Positions 22,404 to 24,706 of a DNA stretch of 24,706 nt are shown here, piece after piece. The notes beneath the pieces are model-generated. The model made no database searches, was not told where the DNA came from, and was given only the letters and a program-made list of their open reading frames with translations. Within the stretch, counting starts at the first letter, position 1. Every line of letters begins with the position of its first letter. The stretch comes from a virus (Duplodnaviria > Caudoviricetes): positions 1 through 24,706 of the IMG/VR virus record IMGVR_UViG_3300032329_000200; one strand, 5' to 3'. A program made the position numbers and the translations under genes.

Positions 22404-23032
22404 GTTTGTCAGATGATTACACGATTGAACCAATCAGTTACAAAATGGCTATGGAATTGATAATTCAAAATCATTATCTCCATCGCAAGGCTCCTTGTTC
22501 AATGGCGTTCGGTTTGTTTTCTAATAAGAGTGGTCTTTGTGATGGTGTTGTCATTTATGGTGTTAGTCCGTCTAGCACTTTGTTAAGGGGAGTTTGTGGC
22601 CTTGACGAAGCAAAAAATGTTTATGAATTGACTCGATTATGGGTTGATGATTCAGTTCCAAAAAATGGCGAAAGTTTTTTGATTGGCAACACTTTACGTT
22701 TGGTTAATCGGGAAATTATTATTTCTTTTGCTGATACAAGTCAGAAACATTTAGGGATTGTTTATCAAGCTACTAATTGGATTTATACGGGATTATCAAC
22801 AAAGTTTCGTGATCCGAAAGTCAAAGGACTTGAACACCAGCATCACGCTACTTATGCAAATGGTTTATCGAATAAGCAAGTTATTGAAAAGTTTGGTGTC
22901 GAAAATGTTTATTTTGTTGAACGACCGCAAAAGCACCGATACGTTTTTTTCAATGCTACGAAAAAGAGGAAAAAAGAATTGTTATCTAAATTGAATTATC
23001 AAATTTTGCCTTATCCAAAGTTGGCAGAATGA
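22400..23032 (+). CDS. mom: Mom-family (GNAT-fold) DNA adenine modification protein homolog
   Basis: 'IIQNHYLH', 'GVVIYG', 'ELTRLW', 'KNGESFLI...LR', 'ISFAD....H.G.VYQATNW.YTG' match the motif order of phage Mu Mom-like proteins. Confidence 0.75.
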   Translation: MSLSDDYTIEPISYKMAMELIIQNHYLHRKAPCSMAFGLFSNKSGLCDGVVIYGVSPSSTLLRGVCGLDEAKNVYELTRLWVDDSVPKNGESFLIGNTLRLVNREIIISFADTSQKHLGIVYQATNWIYTGLSTKFRDPKVKGLEHQHHATYANGLSNKQVIEKFGVENVYFVERPQKHRYVFFNATKKRKKELLSKLNYQILPYPKLAE

Positions 23033-24258
23033 GTATCGAACAGGCCCTTATTGGTGCTGTCCTTTTGGGTGGTTCCCGAACTTTTGACGAGGTTGAACTT
23101 TCAGCTGCGGATTTCTTTGAACCGTTGGCTGAGAAGGTTTGGCTGGAGTTTGCTCGACGTGCCGGTGCTGGTGATCCGATTGACCTGATTTCGATGGGCG
23201 ATAGATTCCCTACCGATTACCTGGCTAAATGCACTAGCCAGTGTCCTACTGTCTCGACGGCTATGTTTTATGCCAGCAAGGTTCGTGAGGCCGCGCTGAA
23301 AAGGCGTTTGCAGCAGACTGGCACGATGTTGGTTGAGGAGGCCACTTCGGATTTGTCGGGTGACGAAGTGTTGGAGTCGGCTTATCGGCAGTTAGACTTG
23401 TTGCAACTGACTACTGTGGCTGACGAGGTGGAGTATTTGCCGTCGAGCTTGAGAACGTATCGGGCCAGCCTTGACGAGTATGTGATAAACGCTTCTAGCG
23501 GTATTGGGAAACTTGATCATTTGCTCAATGGGTTCCGCAAGGGTGGGCTTTACGTTATCGGGGCGCGACCTGGTGTTGGTAAGACTGTGGTTGGTTTGCA
23601 GTTGGCTTTTGGGTTGGCTCGTCACTCAAACGTTTTGCCGAAGGGTGAAGAGTCTGGGGCTGTTGCGTTCTATTCGCTTGAAATGTCTAAGCGTGAACTG
23701 ATGAACCGTTTGGTTAGCCAGGTGTTGTCCATTCCGATGGATTCTTTGGATCGTGGCCTGATTGGAACGGTTGAGAAGAACCGCATTGATGCTAGGGCGA
23801 GCGAGCTGCAAAACCTGCTAACAATAAACGACCGAGGCAACCAGTCGTTGGCTTCGATTCGTAACTTTGCGCGGTCTATCAAACGTCAGGGTGTTCCGTT
23901 AAAGGCTTTGGTTGTTGACTATTTGGGTTTGATTGCTGACGTGCAACTGGGTCGGAACCGTTATGAGGCGATGACTATGGTGACTGGTGCGTTGAAGGTG
24001 TTGGCTAAGGATTTGGGTGTGCCGGTGATTGTTTTGGCGCAGCTGAACCGTAACGTTGAGGGCAGTAAAGAGGCGATGCCTAAAATGTCTGATTTGCGTG
24101 ACTCGGGTTCGATTGAGCAGGATGCGGATGTTGTGATTTTGTTGCACCGTGACAAGGATCAGCCAAACGTTTTGACGATGAATGTTGCTAAGAATCGTCA
24201 CGGCCAGACTGACGTTTTGCAGTTTGGTTTTGAAGGCCATTACTCAAGAATCAAATAA
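23029..24258 (+). CDS. dnaB: Replicative DnaB-like helicase
   Basis: Walker A 'GARPGVGKT', 'FYSLEM', Walker B 'VVDYLGL', 'LAQLNR', 'SDLRDSGSIEQDADVV', 'KNRHG'. Confidence 0.96.
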   Translation: MSIEQALIGAVLLGGSRTFDEVELSAADFFEPLAEKVWLEFARRAGAGDPIDLISMGDRFPTDYLAKCTSQCPTVSTAMFYASKVREAALKRRLQQTGTMLVEEATSDLSGDEVLESAYRQLDLLQLTTVADEVEYLPSSLRTYRASLDEYVINASSGIGKLDHLLNGFRKGGLYVIGARPGVGKTVVGLQLAFGLARHSNVLPKGEESGAVAFYSLEMSKRELMNRLVSQVLSIPMDSLDRGLIGTVEKNRIDARASELQNLLTINDRGNQSLASIRNFARSIKRQGVPLKALVVDYLGLIADVQLGRNRYEAMTMVTGALKVLAKDLGVPVIVLAQLNRNVEGSKEAMPKMSDLRDSGSIEQDADVVILLHRDKDQPNVLTMNVAKNRHGQTDVLQFGFEGHYSRIK

Positions 24259-24299
24259 ACCTGTTTGCCGATGTGGAAGAATCAAACTAGCCTTAGTGA

Positions 24300-24572
24300 G
24301 TGTATGTTTATGCAGAATGTCCGAGGTGTGGTTTCCGTTGGGAGATCGCAGGGAAACGCAATAAACAGATTCGTTGCGACGGTTGTAAAGCTACAAGGAC
24401 TGAACGGATAAAGTATGGGTCTGAGGAATGTTTGGCGTGGGGTGGTGACTTTGACGAAAAGGACAACCCTGTTCTTGACGGGGTTTTGTATCTTCCTGGC
24501 TATCGTTTGTGCGCTCACACTGATTGCGTGCGCGTTGACCATATCGTCCGCAATGTCGCAGGGTTGGAATAA
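24300..24572 (+). CDS. Cys/His-rich putative zinc-binding protein (paralog of 20963-21361)
   Basis: 'CPRCG...CDGC...C...GDFD..DNP...CAHTDCVRVDH'. Start codon uncertain. Confidence 0.7.
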   Translation: MYVYAECPRCGFRWEIAGKRNKQIRCDGCKATRTERIKYGSEECLAWGGDFDEKDNPVLDGVLYLPGYRLCAHTDCVRVDHIVRNVAGLE

Positions 24573-24602
24573 ACTGATGAACAAACTGAGAGGAGCCAAC
24601 AA

Positions 24603-24706
24603 ATGGCTGAAGTAAAACTAAAAGGTATCGTCGAGCGTGTTCTAGGCAGCAAGGGTGTTAAGGTTGTTGAACGCCACTCCAAGAAGGATGAAAACGGTGA
24701 CTGGCA
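24603..24706 (+). CDS. Truncated ORF at window edge, possibly a single-stranded DNA-binding protein
   Basis: Strong RBS GAGAGGAG, then MAEVKLKGIVERVLGSKGVKVVERHSKKDENGDW... The beta-strand start and 'KKDENGDW' hairpin recall SSB OB-folds. Only 34 codons are visible. Confidence 0.45.
   Translation, partial: MAEVKLKGIVERVLGSKGVKVVERHSKKDENGDW

Noticed and set aside
24415-24615. 66-aa hydrophobic ORF
   Set aside because: It overlaps the Cys/His paralog in another frame and the next gene's start. The paralog is supported by internal homology.
1-24706. tRNA, rRNA or alternative genetic code
   Set aside because: Intergenic gaps are short and none folds as a cloverleaf by eye. Genes tile densely under the standard code with TAA, TAG and TGA all used as stops.

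Overview
About 24.7 kb of a tailed dsDNA (siphovirus-type, HK97-fold) bacteriophage genome. The host is most likely an actinobacterium: there is a WhiB-family gene, TANNNT -10 boxes with apparently leaderless genes, and roughly 50% GC by eye, which would fit low-GC freshwater actinobacteria (inference). The left part (1-17.3 kb, + strand) is the virion operon: terS, terL, portal, a very long multidomain prohead-protease gene, major capsid, a GT-B glycosyltransferase, neck and tail genes with a -1 frameshifting tail chaperone, a short tape measure protein, fibres, a CHAP endolysin and membrane proteins. A bidirectional terminator and two leftward genes (WhiB-like and a CxxC protein) follow. The right part is a recombination/replication module: YqaJ exonuclease, Rad52/Sak-like annealase, PAPS-reductase-like PP-loop protein, HNH, replication initiator with internal iterons, Mom-like modification enzyme, DnaB helicase and a truncated probable SSB. 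The standout observation is the 700-aa gene at 3905-6007. It fuses a HAD phosphatase domain and a Dps (mini-ferritin) domain with intact ferroxidase ligands to the HK97-type capsid maturation protease. This suggests a polyprotein that loads enzymes into the phage head, like encapsulin cargo. Other signals are a six-copy late-promoter motif, tandem UUAG hairpins before the capsid gene, alternative hairpins over a replication-gene RBS, and no GTAC or CATG found on reading the whole window. All protein calls come from motif recognition by eye; no database search was run.
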